A DNA stretch of 64,000 bases from Bacillota bacterium (GCA_050951805.1 JBMNJT010000008.1:384001-448000); one strand, 5' to 3'; shown: positions 38,074 to 48,980, counted from the stretch's first letter. A program made the numbers and translations. Notes: generated from the letters alone by a model not told the origin.

Positions 38074-38793
38074 ATGAAACAGGTTGACCCTGGACGGTGC
38101 GGGATGGGCCTCAGCATCAGGGAGATGCCTCCCAGCGAAAGGCCGATGGAAAGGTTGCTCGAGCTTGGGCCGGAGGCCCTTTCCACTGCGGAGCTGATAG
38201 CTGTGATAATCAGGTGCGGGCGCCCGGGGGAAAGCGCAGTCGATGTTGCTTCGCGGGTTCTCTCAGAATGCGGTACGGCGAGAAAACTAGCGACAGCAGG
38301 CGTATGCGAGCTATCGAGCATACCAGGAATAGGACCCGTTCGAGCGGCTCAGATAGTTGCAGCCATCGAACTTGGCAGAAGGGTCGTAGTGTCGGAAGGG
38401 GAGCCAAGGCTTTCTATATCCAGCGCGAAAGATGTAGTGGACCTGCTCATGCCGTCAATGCGTTATCTCGAAAAAGAGGAGTTTCGAACCATCTTCCTCG
38501 ATACGAGAAATCGTGTGATTGAAAGTGCGACCATATCCATAGGCACGCTGAACTCTTCCATAGTTCATCCGCGCGAGGTTTTCCGAGCAGCTATTCGCGC
38601 AGGCAGTGCAGGTGTGATCCTGGCCCATAATCATCCAAGCGGTGATCCTGCCCCGAGCCCTGAGGATATTGCAATTACAAAGAGGTTGGTGCGCGCTGGC
38701 GCTTTGATCGGGATAGAAGTGCTGGATCACGTGATAATAGGGGACAATCTGTACATCAGTTTCAAGGAAAAAGGATACATGAATTTCGGCTAA
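38074..38793 (+). CDS. radC: RadC/JAB-domain protein
   Basis: ERP.ERL..G..ALS, VHPREVF, AHNHPSG, LDHVIIG; start may be 38104. Confidence 0.92.
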   Translation: MKQVDPGRCGMGLSIREMPPSERPMERLLELGPEALSTAELIAVIIRCGRPGESAVDVASRVLSECGTARKLATAGVCELSSIPGIGPVRAAQIVAAIELGRRVVVSEGEPRLSISSAKDVVDLLMPSMRYLEKEEFRTIFLDTRNRVIESATISIGTLNSSIVHPREVFRAAIRAGSAGVILAHNHPSGDPAPSPEDIAITKRLVRAGALIGIEVLDHVIIGDNLYISFKEKGYMNFG

Positions 38794-38827
38794 TTAAGAA
38801 TCTTGCCACAGAAGGGAGCCATTCGTT

Positions 38828-39868
38828 ATGGCGTGCGCTTCGCTCTTTGGCGGCCTGGCAAGGGACATGGGCATTGACCTTGGCACCGCTAACACACTTG
38901 TATATGTAAGAAGCAAAGGCATAGTGCTTCAGGAACCTTCCGTGATCGCCATCGACCGCGACTCTCAGGAGATCCTGGCCGTGGGTTATGACGCTAAGAA
39001 GATGGTGGGAAGAACGCCTGCAAGCATTGTTGCGGTGAGGCCGATGAGGGACGGCGTAATAGCCGATCTCGACGTGACTGTCACTATGTTGAGGCACTTT
39101 ATTGAAAAGGCCTCAAAGCGGCACGGGGTCTTCAAGCCTCGGGTGGTAATAGGGGTTCCATCAGGTGTTACGCAGGTTGAACGCCGAGTGATACATGACT
39201 CAGCAATACAGGCGGGAGCGAAGGCAGCATTCCTTATCGAAGAGCCGATGGCTGCAGCTATCGGCGCCGGGCTCCCTGTGGAAGACGCCACCGGCAACAT
39301 GGTTGTGGATATCGGCGGCGGAACCACGGAGGTTGCAGTTATATCCCTAGGCGGCATTGTGGCGGCAAAGTCCATTACAACTGCTGGAGACAAGATGGAT
39401 GAAGCCATCGTGAACTACATGAAACGCAACTACAATCTGATGATAGGGGAACGGACTGCAGAGGAGATAAAGAAGACTGTGGGGTCGGCCTACCCTTCGC
39501 AGCAGGAAGAGACTATGGAAGCGCGCGGACGCGACATCGTCAATGGGCTTCCCAAGACTGTAACCATTTCCAACACAGAGATACAGCAAGCGCTCGCCGA
39601 TCCGGTGGGTGAGATTGTGAATGCCGTGCGCATGACTTTGGAGAAAACTCCCCCTGAACTGTCGGCGGACGTGATCGATAAGGGCATCGTCATGACAGGC
39701 GGCGGATCTATGCTGCAGGGGTTGGATAGGCTGCTCTGTGACGTCACGGGCATGCCCGTTTACCTTACTGAGGATCCGCTGACATGTGTCGCGCGGGGAG
39801 CAGGCAACGTCGTGGAGCACCTTACAACCTATAGAAGGGTCCTTGTATCGTCAGGGAGACTCAAGTAA
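38828..39868 (+). CDS. mreB: Rod shape-determining protein MreB
   Basis: GIDLGTANT, EEPMAAAIGAG, DIGGGTTE, TGGG. Confidence 0.96.
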   Translation: MACASLFGGLARDMGIDLGTANTLVYVRSKGIVLQEPSVIAIDRDSQEILAVGYDAKKMVGRTPASIVAVRPMRDGVIADLDVTVTMLRHFIEKASKRHGVFKPRVVIGVPSGVTQVERRVIHDSAIQAGAKAAFLIEEPMAAAIGAGLPVEDATGNMVVDIGGGTTEVAVISLGGIVAAKSITTAGDKMDEAIVNYMKRNYNLMIGERTAEEIKKTVGSAYPSQQEETMEARGRDIVNGLPKTVTISNTEIQQALADPVGEIVNAVRMTLEKTPPELSADVIDKGIVMTGGGSMLQGLDRLLCDVTGMPVYLTEDPLTCVARGAGNVVEHLTTYRRVLVSSGRLK

Positions 39869-39889
39869 GGGCCCAGAGGGGGCGCTCCC

Positions 39890-40741
39890 ATGAACCAGCA
39901 ACCTTTGTCAAAAAGAAGAATCGTTGTTGCGGCAATCTGCATCATCCTCTTGGTGTGCTTGATATACTTCACTGCAAAGGACCGCGACAGGCTCTCTGTT
40001 GCGGAGAAGGCGTTGCGCGAAATATTCTCCCCTATAGCTCGAGGGGCAAGTAAGGTGAGCAGGGAGATCTCATCATGGGCTTCGTATCTTATTTCGATAG
40101 GCGAGACGAAGGCCGAGAATGAGAAGCTTCGGGAGGAGCTTGACGCGTTGCGCTACGAGAACTTGCAGATGGAGGAGGCCTTGCGAGAGAACGAAAGGCT
40201 CAGGGACTTGCTGGAGTTCAAGGAGAGTCTAGGGGGACGCGCCGTCGCCGCCAGGATAAGCTATCGTGACCCAGGAAACTGGCTTTACTCTGTGGCAATC
40301 GACAAGGGTTCAGACCATGGAATTTCAAGCGGGAAACCCGTAGTCACTGCTCGCGGGGTTGTTGGAAGAGTCACGTCTGTCACCCGGAATACGTCTACAG
40401 TGATTCTGACTGTGGATTCCCGGAGTGCTGTTGGTGGCATCGATTTCAGATCACGTGACCTCGTGCTGGTTGAGGGGTTGGGCGACGGTTCAGGTTTGCT
40501 GCACGTTCGTCCTTTGGGCGCAGACAATGATGTGCAGCCAGGGGACATAATCATCACCTCTGGCCTTGGTGGCATATATCCTAAAGGCTACGTGCTCGGT
40601 GATGTAATCTCGGTGGCGCCCGGGAAATATGGTGTGTCGAAATCGGCGTTTGCGCGGCCTCGAGTCGACTTTGACAGGCTCGAAGAGGTCTTGGTCTTGA
40701 TCGATCCGATAAGGGGAGCTATTGGGGAGATGCAGGAATGA
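39890..40741 (+). CDS. mreC: Rod shape-determining protein MreC
   Basis: TM helix, coiled coil ENERLR, IDKGS, TSGLGG.YP.G. Confidence 0.92.
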   Translation: MNQQPLSKRRIVVAAICIILLVCLIYFTAKDRDRLSVAEKALREIFSPIARGASKVSREISSWASYLISIGETKAENEKLREELDALRYENLQMEEALRENERLRDLLEFKESLGGRAVAARISYRDPGNWLYSVAIDKGSDHGISSGKPVVTARGVVGRVTSVTRNTSTVILTVDSRSAVGGIDFRSRDLVLVEGLGDGSGLLHVRPLGADNDVQPGDIIITSGLGGIYPKGYVLGDVISVAPGKYGVSKSAFARPRVDFDRLEEVLVLIDPIRGAIGEMQE

Positions 40742-41253
40742 AAAGGTTGAACAGACTGCATATTGCTTTAGGCATGTTCGTTGCATTGCTGTTGCAGGCT
40801 GCGGTCTTTCCTGTGCTTTTCCCCAGGTGGGTAGTGCCCGACCTGGTGTTTTGTTTTTCGGCAGTAATGTCCATCATAGCGGGAACTGGGCCTGGCGTCG
40901 TTCTCGCAGCTATCGGCGGACTATGCCAAGATGCGCTCAGCGGATCGTTCATGGGCGCAAGCGCTGGTGCGAACATGGCCGCGGCATGGATTATCGGCTT
41001 GGTTGAGCCCCAGCTTTTTAAGGAGAATTTGATTACGCCAGTGGTCATCGTGGGCGCGGGAACGGTGATCCGTGAGGTGATTTACACATTCGTTATCTGG
41101 TCATTTGGCGCAGGCATCGATTGGGCCAGAGCGTTTGGAACGGTGATTCCGTGGGTTGCGGTGCTCAATTGTTGCGCGGGCGCCCTGCTCCACTACTGGA
41201 TCTACCTTCGTCCACGGGACCGAGAGCGTTTACGATCGGTTTCGTCTGTCTAG
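40738..41253 (+). CDS. mreD: Rod shape-determining protein MreD
   Basis: Hydrophobic; PDL and GL.QD motifs; position after mreC. Confidence 0.85.
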   Translation: MKRLNRLHIALGMFVALLLQAAVFPVLFPRWVVPDLVFCFSAVMSIIAGTGPGVVLAAIGGLCQDALSGSFMGASAGANMAAAWIIGLVEPQLFKENLITPVVIVGAGTVIREVIYTFVIWSFGAGIDWARAFGTVIPWVAVLNCCAGALLHYWIYLRPRDRERLRSVSSV

Positions 41254-41286
41254 ACTTTTGGAGTGAAGCTTTTCCGGGGTTGATGT

Positions 41287-43089
41287 ATGATGAATCGAAC
41301 ACGAACGCAGAGTGAGCGCCGACTCCGGGTATTCCAGATCTTTGCCTTATGTCTGTTCCTGGTCCTCGTGGGCAGGCTGTGGCAACTGCAGATAATAAAG
41401 GGAGAATATTACAAGAGCAGAGCTACGGCTAATAGGCTCGCACTTGTGCCGATATCTGCGCCGCGAGGGATAATCACTGATAGGCGCGGGGAAGTTTTCG
41501 CCACCAGCAGGATGGCATATACCATCTCCGTTGTTCCGCAAGAGTTTTCGGATCGAGAGGCGGAGGTGCGGCTTCTCTCTAAACTTTTGGAAATGCCTGT
41601 TGAGGAGATCGAAGCGAAGATAGCCGGGCAGACTGAGGGCCGGTATGGTCTGCCTTATATGCCTACGCGCCTCATCGAGGATGTGCCCCCCTACATGCTT
41701 GTAAGGGTCTCCGAGCACAAAGTTGAGTTGCCCGGGGTTATAATCGAGGAAGAACCGTATCGGAGCTATCCCAATGGATCCTTGGCCGGGCCCATCATCG
41801 GGTACGTCGGTCTGATCAATCAGGAAGAACTTGCTCGTCTTGGCGAAAAGGGCTATCAGTCCCGTGACCGTATTGGCAAGAGTGGTGTGGAGCGGGAGTT
41901 TGAGGAATACCTACGTGGGCAAGATGGAGTCACTGAAATCGAGGTTGACTCGCTTTCTCGACCTGTTGCGACGGTAGGCGCCAGGGCTCCGGTGGCCGGC
42001 TCTACCCTGGTGATGACGATCGATGCCAAAGTGCAACAGTCGGCTGAGGATGCTCTACGGTCGCAGCTTGAGACTTTGCAGTCTGGCAAATACAAACACG
42101 CTACGGCGGGCGCCGCGGTAGCGCTAGATCCGCGCACAGGAGAGATAATAGCCATGGCAACTGAGCCAGGCTACGACCCGGGCTGGTTTGTTCCTAGAAT
42201 CTCTGATGAACAGTGGCGTCAGGTGAGCACTGGCGTGTCGGGGCTTTTCAACCGTGCGATATCAGGCGCTTATCCGCCCGGCTCCACGTTTAAGCCTTTC
42301 ACTGCCATAGCTGCGCTCGAGGCAGGGGTGATAGATCTCGACGACAGGATTCTCTGCTCCCCCTCTGTCTCCTCGCGCTACTACAGGAAGAGGTGCTCTA
42401 TTTGGTCAAAGGGCCGTTCGCACGGGTATCAGAATCTTACTGAGGGTATGATCAATTCCTGCAACATTGTCTTCTACGAGCTGGGAGCAAGACTCTCGGT
42501 GGATCAGATGGCTTCGGCTGCAAAGCAATTCGGGCTTTCCCAGCCGACTGGCTTGCGATTTACGCCTGTGGAGGCTACCGGAGCTGTTCCAGATTCCAGT
42601 GTTCGCGATTTCATGCCGGGCGAACTTGCAAGCTACGCCATTGGCCAGCAGGTGACTGTTACTCCGCTGCAGATGGCTGTCGCCTATGGTGGAATTGCTA
42701 CTCGAGGCGTGATGTACAAGCCTCATCTTATCAGGCAAGTGATAGCGCCTGATGGGACAGTACAGACGCAGTCTGTTCCTGAGGTAATGCGGACGGCTGT
42801 CCTTTCTGACAGAACGTGGGACTATCTTCATCACAGCCTCAGCGAAGTGACGCGAATAGGCACGGCTAGTTCGGCTTTTAGAAATTTTGGCATACCCGTT
42901 GCAGGCAAGACTGGGACTGCGGAGGTTCCCCCGGGAGATCCACACGCATGGTTTGTCGGGTGGGCGCCAGCCGATGATCCGGAGATAGTTGTTGCTGTTA
43001 TGATAGAGCGTGGCGGAGGTGGCGGGGCGTCTGCAGCGCCTGTTGCCAGAAAGATCATGGAAGCCTATTTCGCCCCGACGGGCGAGTAG
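41287..43089 (+). CDS. mrdA: Penicillin-binding protein 2
   Basis: APRG.I.DR, STFK (SxxK), SCN, KTGTAE. Confidence 0.93.
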   Translation: MMNRTRTQSERRLRVFQIFALCLFLVLVGRLWQLQIIKGEYYKSRATANRLALVPISAPRGIITDRRGEVFATSRMAYTISVVPQEFSDREAEVRLLSKLLEMPVEEIEAKIAGQTEGRYGLPYMPTRLIEDVPPYMLVRVSEHKVELPGVIIEEEPYRSYPNGSLAGPIIGYVGLINQEELARLGEKGYQSRDRIGKSGVEREFEEYLRGQDGVTEIEVDSLSRPVATVGARAPVAGSTLVMTIDAKVQQSAEDALRSQLETLQSGKYKHATAGAAVALDPRTGEIIAMATEPGYDPGWFVPRISDEQWRQVSTGVSGLFNRAISGAYPPGSTFKPFTAIAALEAGVIDLDDRILCSPSVSSRYYRKRCSIWSKGRSHGYQNLTEGMINSCNIVFYELGARLSVDQMASAAKQFGLSQPTGLRFTPVEATGAVPDSSVRDFMPGELASYAIGQQVTVTPLQMAVAYGGIATRGVMYKPHLIRQVIAPDGTVQTQSVPEVMRTAVLSDRTWDYLHHSLSEVTRIGTASSAFRNFGIPVAGKTGTAEVPPGDPHAWFVGWAPADDPEIVVAVMIERGGGGGASAAPVARKIMEAYFAPTGE

Positions 43090-43093
43090 GCAG

Positions 43094-43120
43094 GAAGGAA
43101 ATGCATTCCTATTGGAGAAT
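43094..43120 (+). promoter_or_regulatory. SigH-like promoter upstream of minC
   Basis: GAAGGAAAT-11-GGAGAAT matches the sigma-H consensus; Bacillus minCD has a sigma-H promoter. Confidence 0.6.
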
Positions 43121-43145
43121 CAAACATGGATAGGCTGAATCGGCG

Positions 43146-43850
43146 GTGGTTGCGGTGAAGGCTCAGGAAGTGATTTTTAAGGGAACAAGGGACGGGCTTC
43201 GCCTCGTTATAGACGCAGATGAGAATATAGAAGAACTCAAGGGCAAACTTCGCCGAAGGCTTAACGAAGCTGAGGGTTTTTACTCAGGTGCCAGGGTCCG
43301 GTTGGATACGCGCGGGGCTGTTGTCCCGCCTGAGTGGATCGAGGAGGTCAGGATGATCTTGGAGGAGTACGGGTTGTCCCTGAGTGAGGAGAAGCCTGGG
43401 CAACGAAGGCCGCGGCAACATGCCGCCGGCGCGGGTCGGGCTTCGGCTAAGAAGGTTCTCGATGACGGTGGCCCAGAGAGCGGAGAACCGATCGTGCGCG
43501 GCGACACGATTCTCGTCCGAAGAACTCTCAGATCAGGGCAGGCAGTGTCGTTCGATGGGAATGTCGTCGTGATGGGCGATGTCAATCCGGGCTCCGAAGT
43601 CTTGGCAACCGGCGACATAGTGGTTTTCGGGTCGTTGCGAGGGATGGCGCATGCGGGCTCGGCCGGAAACGCCGAAGCCTGTGTAGTTGCTCTGCGTTTG
43701 ATCCCGACTCAGCTCCGGATAGCTGACAAAATAACGAGGGCGCCCGATGACGAAACGCAAGTGCCGCAGGGTCCGGAAGTAGCTTATCTGCGCGAGGGGT
43801 CGATCGTGATAGAACCCTGGACAACTCATACGGGGACGGTGTTAGTTTGA
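43146..43850 (+). CDS. minC: Septum site-determining protein MinC
   Basis: FKGTRDGL, TLRSGQ, GDVNPG, LRG.AHAG, QLRIA. Confidence 0.92.
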   Translation: MVAVKAQEVIFKGTRDGLRLVIDADENIEELKGKLRRRLNEAEGFYSGARVRLDTRGAVVPPEWIEEVRMILEEYGLSLSEEKPGQRRPRQHAAGAGRASAKKVLDDGGPESGEPIVRGDTILVRRTLRSGQAVSFDGNVVVMGDVNPGSEVLATGDIVVFGSLRGMAHAGSAGNAEACVVALRLIPTQLRIADKITRAPDDETQVPQGPEVAYLREGSIVIEPWTTHTGTVLV

Positions 43851-44653
43851 TGAGCGGGACTGCTATAGTAGTGACTTCCGGGAAAGGCGGTGTTGGCAAG
43901 ACCACAGCAGCGGCCAACATCGGCGCTGGCCTGGCGATGTCGGGGCCCACTGTAGCACTGGTCGATGCGGATATCGGGCTTCGCAATCTTGATCTCGTGC
44001 TAGGGCTCGAAAATAGAATAGTATACGACCTAGTCAATGTAGTTGAGGGTGGTTGCGATGTTCAGAAAGCGCTAATACGTCATAAACATATTGAAAATCT
44101 CTCTCTTCTGCCGGCTGCGCAGTCAAGAGACAAAACAGCAGTCACGCCTGAACAGATGAAGGCTCTCACCTTGGGGCTTAAGGAGAGTTTCGATTTTGTG
44201 ATATTGGATTGTCCGGCAGGTATCGAGCAGGGGTTCAAAAATGCGATTGCTGGGGCTGACCGCGCGATCGTGGTAACTACCCCGGAGATGTCTGCGGTGA
44301 GGGACGCAGACAGAATTATCGGAATGTTGGAAGCGGAAGAGGTTAAGGACCCATGGCTCATTGTCAACAGGATCCGGCCCGATATGGTCAAAAGACACGA
44401 CATGATGAACGTTGACGACCTCATAGATTTCCTCAAGGTTGAACTCTTGGGCGTTGTTCCGGATGACGAATCGATCATAATCTCTACCAACAGGGGGATT
44501 CCGGCGGTAATGGATGAGAAGTCCCGTGCTGGACGAGCTTTTCTCGATATTGCATCTCGGATAATGGGCAATGATGTGCCGATTGCGGCGACGCTCGAAC
44601 CCGATGATTGGTTTTCTCGATTCGCCAAGTGGCTAGGGATATCAAGGGGGTAG
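43850..44653 (+). CDS. minD: Septum site-determining ATPase MinD
   Basis: SGKGGVGKTT, DIGLRNLD, DCPAGIEQG, C-terminal amphipathic helix. Confidence 0.96.
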   Translation: MSGTAIVVTSGKGGVGKTTAAANIGAGLAMSGPTVALVDADIGLRNLDLVLGLENRIVYDLVNVVEGGCDVQKALIRHKHIENLSLLPAAQSRDKTAVTPEQMKALTLGLKESFDFVILDCPAGIEQGFKNAIAGADRAIVVTTPEMSAVRDADRIIGMLEAEEVKDPWLIVNRIRPDMVKRHDMMNVDDLIDFLKVELLGVVPDDESIIISTNRGIPAVMDEKSRAGRAFLDIASRIMGNDVPIAATLEPDDWFSRFAKWLGISRG

Positions 44654-44658
44654 GCGCC

Positions 44659-44940
44659 ATGATGGACTTTCTCGCGCGGCTGTTCGGAAGGGTGGAAACC
44701 GAGACAAGCAGGGAATGTGCTAAGAATAGGCTGAGGCTTGTACTGGTGCAGGATCGCGCTACCCTCTCACCGCGCGTTATGGAGCAGCTCAAAAGCGAAC
44801 TGATTGAAGTTATTAGCAAGTATTTGGACATAGATGAAGAGGACATGCGCGTCGAACTAGACACGTCTGATTCATCCGTTGCCTTGGTGGCGAGCATTCC
44901 AGTCAAAGAGGTTAAGCGCGAGTCGGTTGGAGCGGTCTAG
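44659..44940 (+). CDS. minE: Cell division topological specificity factor MinE
   Basis: AKNRLRLVLVQDR, ELIEVISKY. Confidence 0.92.
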   Translation: MMDFLARLFGRVETETSRECAKNRLRLVLVQDRATLSPRVMEQLKSELIEVISKYLDIDEEDMRVELDTSDSSVALVASIPVKEVKRESVGAV

Positions 44941-45008
44941 CTTGACTTTGCATTATGGCCCCTTACTGGACCAGGTTTGTTATTCGTGCTCTTTCAGGAG
45001 GCCGTAGT

Positions 45009-46127
45009 ATGCTCATTGATAGGAGGCTTCTTAGCAATCTCGATCATGCATTGCTTGTTGCAGTAGTCATTGCAGTTCTATTTGGTTGTGCCATGATATA
45101 CAGCGCAACAAGATGGAATACGCGCTTGACGGCGGGAAACCCGCTTCTTTATGTGAAGAAGCAATTGGCTGCTGCGGCGTTGGGGGCTGCTGCGTCATTA
45201 GTTGTCCTCAGTGTGGACTATCACTACTTGGAACGGTTTGCCAAGTGGATCTACCTGGCTAGTCTATTGCTGCTTGCAAGTGTTTTTGTTTTTGGGAAGC
45301 GGACTAAGGGTGCGATAGGTTGGATTAAGATAGGACCCGTGGCCATACAGCCATGTGAATACGCCAAGATAGGGGTGGTTATAGCCCTTGCTGCGTACCT
45401 TGCTCAGCAGGATGATCTTTCCGATTTGCGGAGTTTCATTGTGCCAGCTCTGATCGTGGCGGCGCCGATGGCGCTTGTGGTTGCGCAAAACGACTTGGGT
45501 TCTGCACTCGTTCTTGCCCCCGTGTTTTTCGCAATGATGTATGCGGCTGGAGCTGATGCGAAACTGTTGTTGGCGATTGTCGGGGTTATTCTTCTGGTGA
45601 TAGCTCCGTTTTCCTATTTTTTTCTGCTGCAAACTCATCAACAGATGAGGATCAAGGTATTCTTCAATCCTGGGCTTGATCCGCGCGGATATGGATACAA
45701 TGTGATGCAGTCAGTGATAGCGATCGGATCGGGTGGGCTATTAGGAAAGGGGTATGGCCAGAGCACTCAGGCTCGGCTCAATTTCCTGCCGGAGCACCAC
45801 ACCGACTTTATATTCTCCGTGATCGCCGAGGAATTAGGGTTTTTCGGGGCGACTGCGGCGCTGGCAGTCCTCTTTTTCATAGTGCACAGAGGTTATAGCG
45901 TGGCCCAGGAGGCGCGCGACAAGTTCGGCGCTCTTCTGGCCGTTGGGCTAACCTCGGTTATGCTAGTTCATATTTTCGTAAATGCGGGAATGACTATGAA
46001 TGTGTCGCCGTGCACTGGAATACCGTTGCCATTTTTCAGCGCAGGCGGGAGTGCATTGATGGCCATGACGATTTCAATCGCCATAGTGCAGAACGTATAC
46101 ATGAGGAGGAAGAAGATCATCTTCTAG
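45009..46127 (+). CDS. rodA: Rod shape-determining protein RodA (SEDS)
   Basis: QPCEYAK, QNDLGSA, AIGSGG..GKG, PEHHTDFIFS, TGIPLPF. Confidence 0.93.
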   Translation: MLIDRRLLSNLDHALLVAVVIAVLFGCAMIYSATRWNTRLTAGNPLLYVKKQLAAAALGAAASLVVLSVDYHYLERFAKWIYLASLLLLASVFVFGKRTKGAIGWIKIGPVAIQPCEYAKIGVVIALAAYLAQQDDLSDLRSFIVPALIVAAPMALVVAQNDLGSALVLAPVFFAMMYAAGADAKLLLAIVGVILLVIAPFSYFFLLQTHQQMRIKVFFNPGLDPRGYGYNVMQSVIAIGSGGLLGKGYGQSTQARLNFLPEHHTDFIFSVIAEELGFFGATAALAVLFFIVHRGYSVAQEARDKFGALLAVGLTSVMLVHIFVNAGMTMNVSPCTGIPLPFFSAGGSALMAMTISIAIVQNVYMRRKKIIF

Positions 46128-46231
46128 CGTGGCTGAGACGGCAATATAATCTCATATGGGCATTCGAGGCTGCAGGCTCTGGGGGCTTGCCGCTTTCTCT
46201 GCTCTGATCTGGGGCACTGGGGGTAGGGCAG

Positions 46232-47152
46232 GTGAAGCGCGCGCTGCCGCGGGAGGTTCCGGGGATTCTGGGAATGACACGTGTGTTCGGAATCGAATTC
46301 GATGTAGACCCGCTCGTTGTCGTCTTTGCAGCTTTATACGCGTTCGCAGGGAATCTGTGGCAATGGATGGTCGTATTTGCGTCGTTGCTTGTTCATGAGG
46401 CAGCGCACGCTGTCACCGCGGCAGGCTTTGGATTCGCAGTGGCGCGAATCAGCGTAACACCGATCGGGGCCGTCGCCTCGCTTGAGGGAGATATTCAGCT
46501 CCGACCAGAGGCCGAAGCGGCTGTAGCCATGTCCGGGCCCATGACTTCTCTAGTTCTTGCTGCCATGGGTTATCTTCTCCTGATTTATGGTAATGCTGAT
46601 AGGGGGAAGATCGAGTTTTTTGTGGGCGCCAACATCGTTTTGGCCATGTTCAACCTGATTCCGGCATTTCCACTCGATGGCGGACGGGTTCTGAGAGCCC
46701 TGATGACTGAGAGGTTGGGGGTTGCGTCTGCCACGCGCAAGGCGGTTGGCATGTCGCGTGTTATTGGGATTGGAATTGCAGTTTTGGGCGTGGCGGGCGT
46801 TGCCGCGGGATATTTTAATTTTTTGGTGCCGGCGTTGGGACTGTTCATTCTGATAGCAGCTGAGCGCGAGAGGCAGTCTGCAGTATGTGCTGGGCTCAAA
46901 TCCGTGATGGGCAAGCGCGTTTCATTGAGCAAGCGAGGCGCGTTACCAGTGAGATTGCTGGTGGCAGCTCCCGAGATGACCGCCTGCGACTTGCTTCGCA
47001 AAGTGACGTCATCCGACTTCACTGTTGTGTCGGTTATTGGTGCAGGTGGCCGCGAGATCGGACGCCTTTCCGAACTAGAGCTGCTGGAGGGCATATCGAT
47101 GTTGGGGCCCGATGCTGAGGTTCGTGAAGTCCTGGCCGGCCGTAAAGATTGA
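46232..47152 (+). CDS. spoIVFB: M50 intramembrane metalloprotease, SpoIVFB-like
   Basis: HEAAH, FNLIPAFPLDGGR, C-terminal CBS-like region; syntenic position; start may be 46274. Confidence 0.78.
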   Translation: MKRALPREVPGILGMTRVFGIEFDVDPLVVVFAALYAFAGNLWQWMVVFASLLVHEAAHAVTAAGFGFAVARISVTPIGAVASLEGDIQLRPEAEAAVAMSGPMTSLVLAAMGYLLLIYGNADRGKIEFFVGANIVLAMFNLIPAFPLDGGRVLRALMTERLGVASATRKAVGMSRVIGIGIAVLGVAGVAAGYFNFLVPALGLFILIAAERERQSAVCAGLKSVMGKRVSLSKRGALPVRLLVAAPEMTACDLLRKVTSSDFTVVSVIGAGGREIGRLSELELLEGISMLGPDAEVREVLAGRKD

Positions 47153-47167
47153 GGAGAAGCGTTTTTT

Positions 47168-48973
47168 ATGATTGACAAGAAGGTTTTGTACGAGGAAATC
47201 CTGCCGTCGGTGTCGCAGCCGGCAAGGTACGTCGGCAACGAGCTAAACTCGGTCCGCCGTAGTCCGAAAGAGGTTGAGGCCAGTATCTTGCTGGCTTTTC
47301 CGGACGTTTACGAGGTGGGAATGTCGTATATAGGGTTCAAGATCCTGTACGAAATAGTCAACAACATACCCGAATTCGTCGCGGAGCGCGCTTTTGCTCC
47401 ATGGCCTGATATGGAGGCGCAAATGCGCTTGCGCGAAATTCCCCTTTACGGCCTCGAAACCTACGAGCCAGCGAAGTCCTTCGACGTGATCGGGTTTACC
47501 CTTCAGTATGAACTGACATACACCAATGTGCTGGCAATGCTCGAGCTGGCTGGTGTGCCGCTTGAGGCTGATGCCCGGCACGAAGGCGACCCGATCGTGA
47601 TTGCAGGTGGGCCATGTGCGTCCAATCCCGAACCCATGGCGGCATTTTTTGATTTGCTTGTGATCGGCGATGGGGAAGAGGCGATTGTGGACTTGATGTC
47701 CGAGGTTGCCAGGGCAAAAAGAGAGGGGGCGAAACGCGCTGACATAGTAAATAGGCTTGCGGTGATAGATGGTGTCTATTGCCCGCGCCTGAAGAACCCT
47801 GTAAGCCGCAGGGTGGTGACGGATCTTGACGAGGCCGAGTTTCCAAGAAAGTTTGTGGTGCCTTTTCTCGAAGCTGTACACGACCGGGTTGCTCTGGAAG
47901 TGATGAGGGGTTGCACAAGAGGGTGCAGATTTTGCCAAGCCGGCATGATATACCGGCCAGTGCGGGAACGCGGACTCGACAATCTCTGCTCGCTGGCGAA
48001 AGATCTTGTCAAAAGCACGGGCTATGACGAGATATCTTTGCTTTCGCTTTCAAGCGCGGATTACACTCAGGTTGAGGAGTTGAGCAGAAAGCTCGTTCAG
48101 GAATACGCAGACAAGGGAGTAGCGGTTTCCCTGCCCTCTTTGCGTGTGGATTCGTTTTCTTTGGAGCTTGCCAAGGAGCTAGAGAAGTCGCGAAGGACAG
48201 GCCTGACTTTTGCGCCTGAGGCCGGAACCCAAAGGATGCGGGATGTGATCAACAAGGGCGTTACCGAAGAGGATCTGATGTCTGCCGCTGCAGACGCCTT
48301 TGAATCGGGATGGGATCTCATCAAGCTTTATTTCATGATAGGGCTGCCGTATGAGGAGGACGAGGATCTGGATGGCATAGCAGATCTCTCTCGTCGTGTT
48401 TTGGAGCTTGGACGGAATATGGCGGGGAAGCGAAACAAGGCGGGCAGGGTCCGAGTAAACGTGAGCGTATCGTCGTTTGTTCCTAAACCACATACCCCTT
48501 TTCAGTGGCACGCGCAGAATTCCCGGGAGGAATTGATGAGAAAGCAGAATTACCTGAAGGAACGAATGCGCGTGCGCGGCTTGACAGTCTCGTTTCACAA
48601 TGTGGAGGCAAGCTTCCTGGAAGCGGCGTTTGCGAGAGGGGGCAGAGAGCTTGCTCCGGCGATAGCGCGCGCGGCGGCGCTCGGATGCAGGTTTGACGGA
48701 TGGTCAGACCAGTTCCGCCCTGACCTATGGGCGCAAGCTTTTAAAGATGTTGGCATTGACCCTTCCGCATGGGCCAATAAATCCTATGCATATGATGAGC
48801 CGCTGCCATGGGATCACATCGACATGGGAGTCTCGAAAAGATTTCTCGTGCGGGAAGCAGAACGTGCCGCCAGGGCTGAACTTACCCCCGATTGCCGCAC
48901 TGGTGCTTGCGCAGCCTGTGGCGCCTGCGCGGATGGCGTCAAGACGCGTCTTGCCGGCGAGGCATGGAGGTGA
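47168..48973 (+). CDS. TIGR03960-type B12-binding radical SAM protein
   Basis: PARYVGNELN, FPDVYEVGMS, CTRGCRFC, TFAPEAGT, PKPHTPFQW. Confidence 0.9.
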   Translation: MIDKKVLYEEILPSVSQPARYVGNELNSVRRSPKEVEASILLAFPDVYEVGMSYIGFKILYEIVNNIPEFVAERAFAPWPDMEAQMRLREIPLYGLETYEPAKSFDVIGFTLQYELTYTNVLAMLELAGVPLEADARHEGDPIVIAGGPCASNPEPMAAFFDLLVIGDGEEAIVDLMSEVARAKREGAKRADIVNRLAVIDGVYCPRLKNPVSRRVVTDLDEAEFPRKFVVPFLEAVHDRVALEVMRGCTRGCRFCQAGMIYRPVRERGLDNLCSLAKDLVKSTGYDEISLLSLSSADYTQVEELSRKLVQEYADKGVAVSLPSLRVDSFSLELAKELEKSRRTGLTFAPEAGTQRMRDVINKGVTEEDLMSAAADAFESGWDLIKLYFMIGLPYEEDEDLDGIADLSRRVLELGRNMAGKRNKAGRVRVNVSVSSFVPKPHTPFQWHAQNSREELMRKQNYLKERMRVRGLTVSFHNVEASFLEAAFARGGRELAPAIARAAALGCRFDGWSDQFRPDLWAQAFKDVGIDPSAWANKSYAYDEPLPWDHIDMGVSKRFLVREAERAARAELTPDCRTGACAACGACADGVKTRLAGEAWR

Positions 48974-48980
48974 ACGGGGT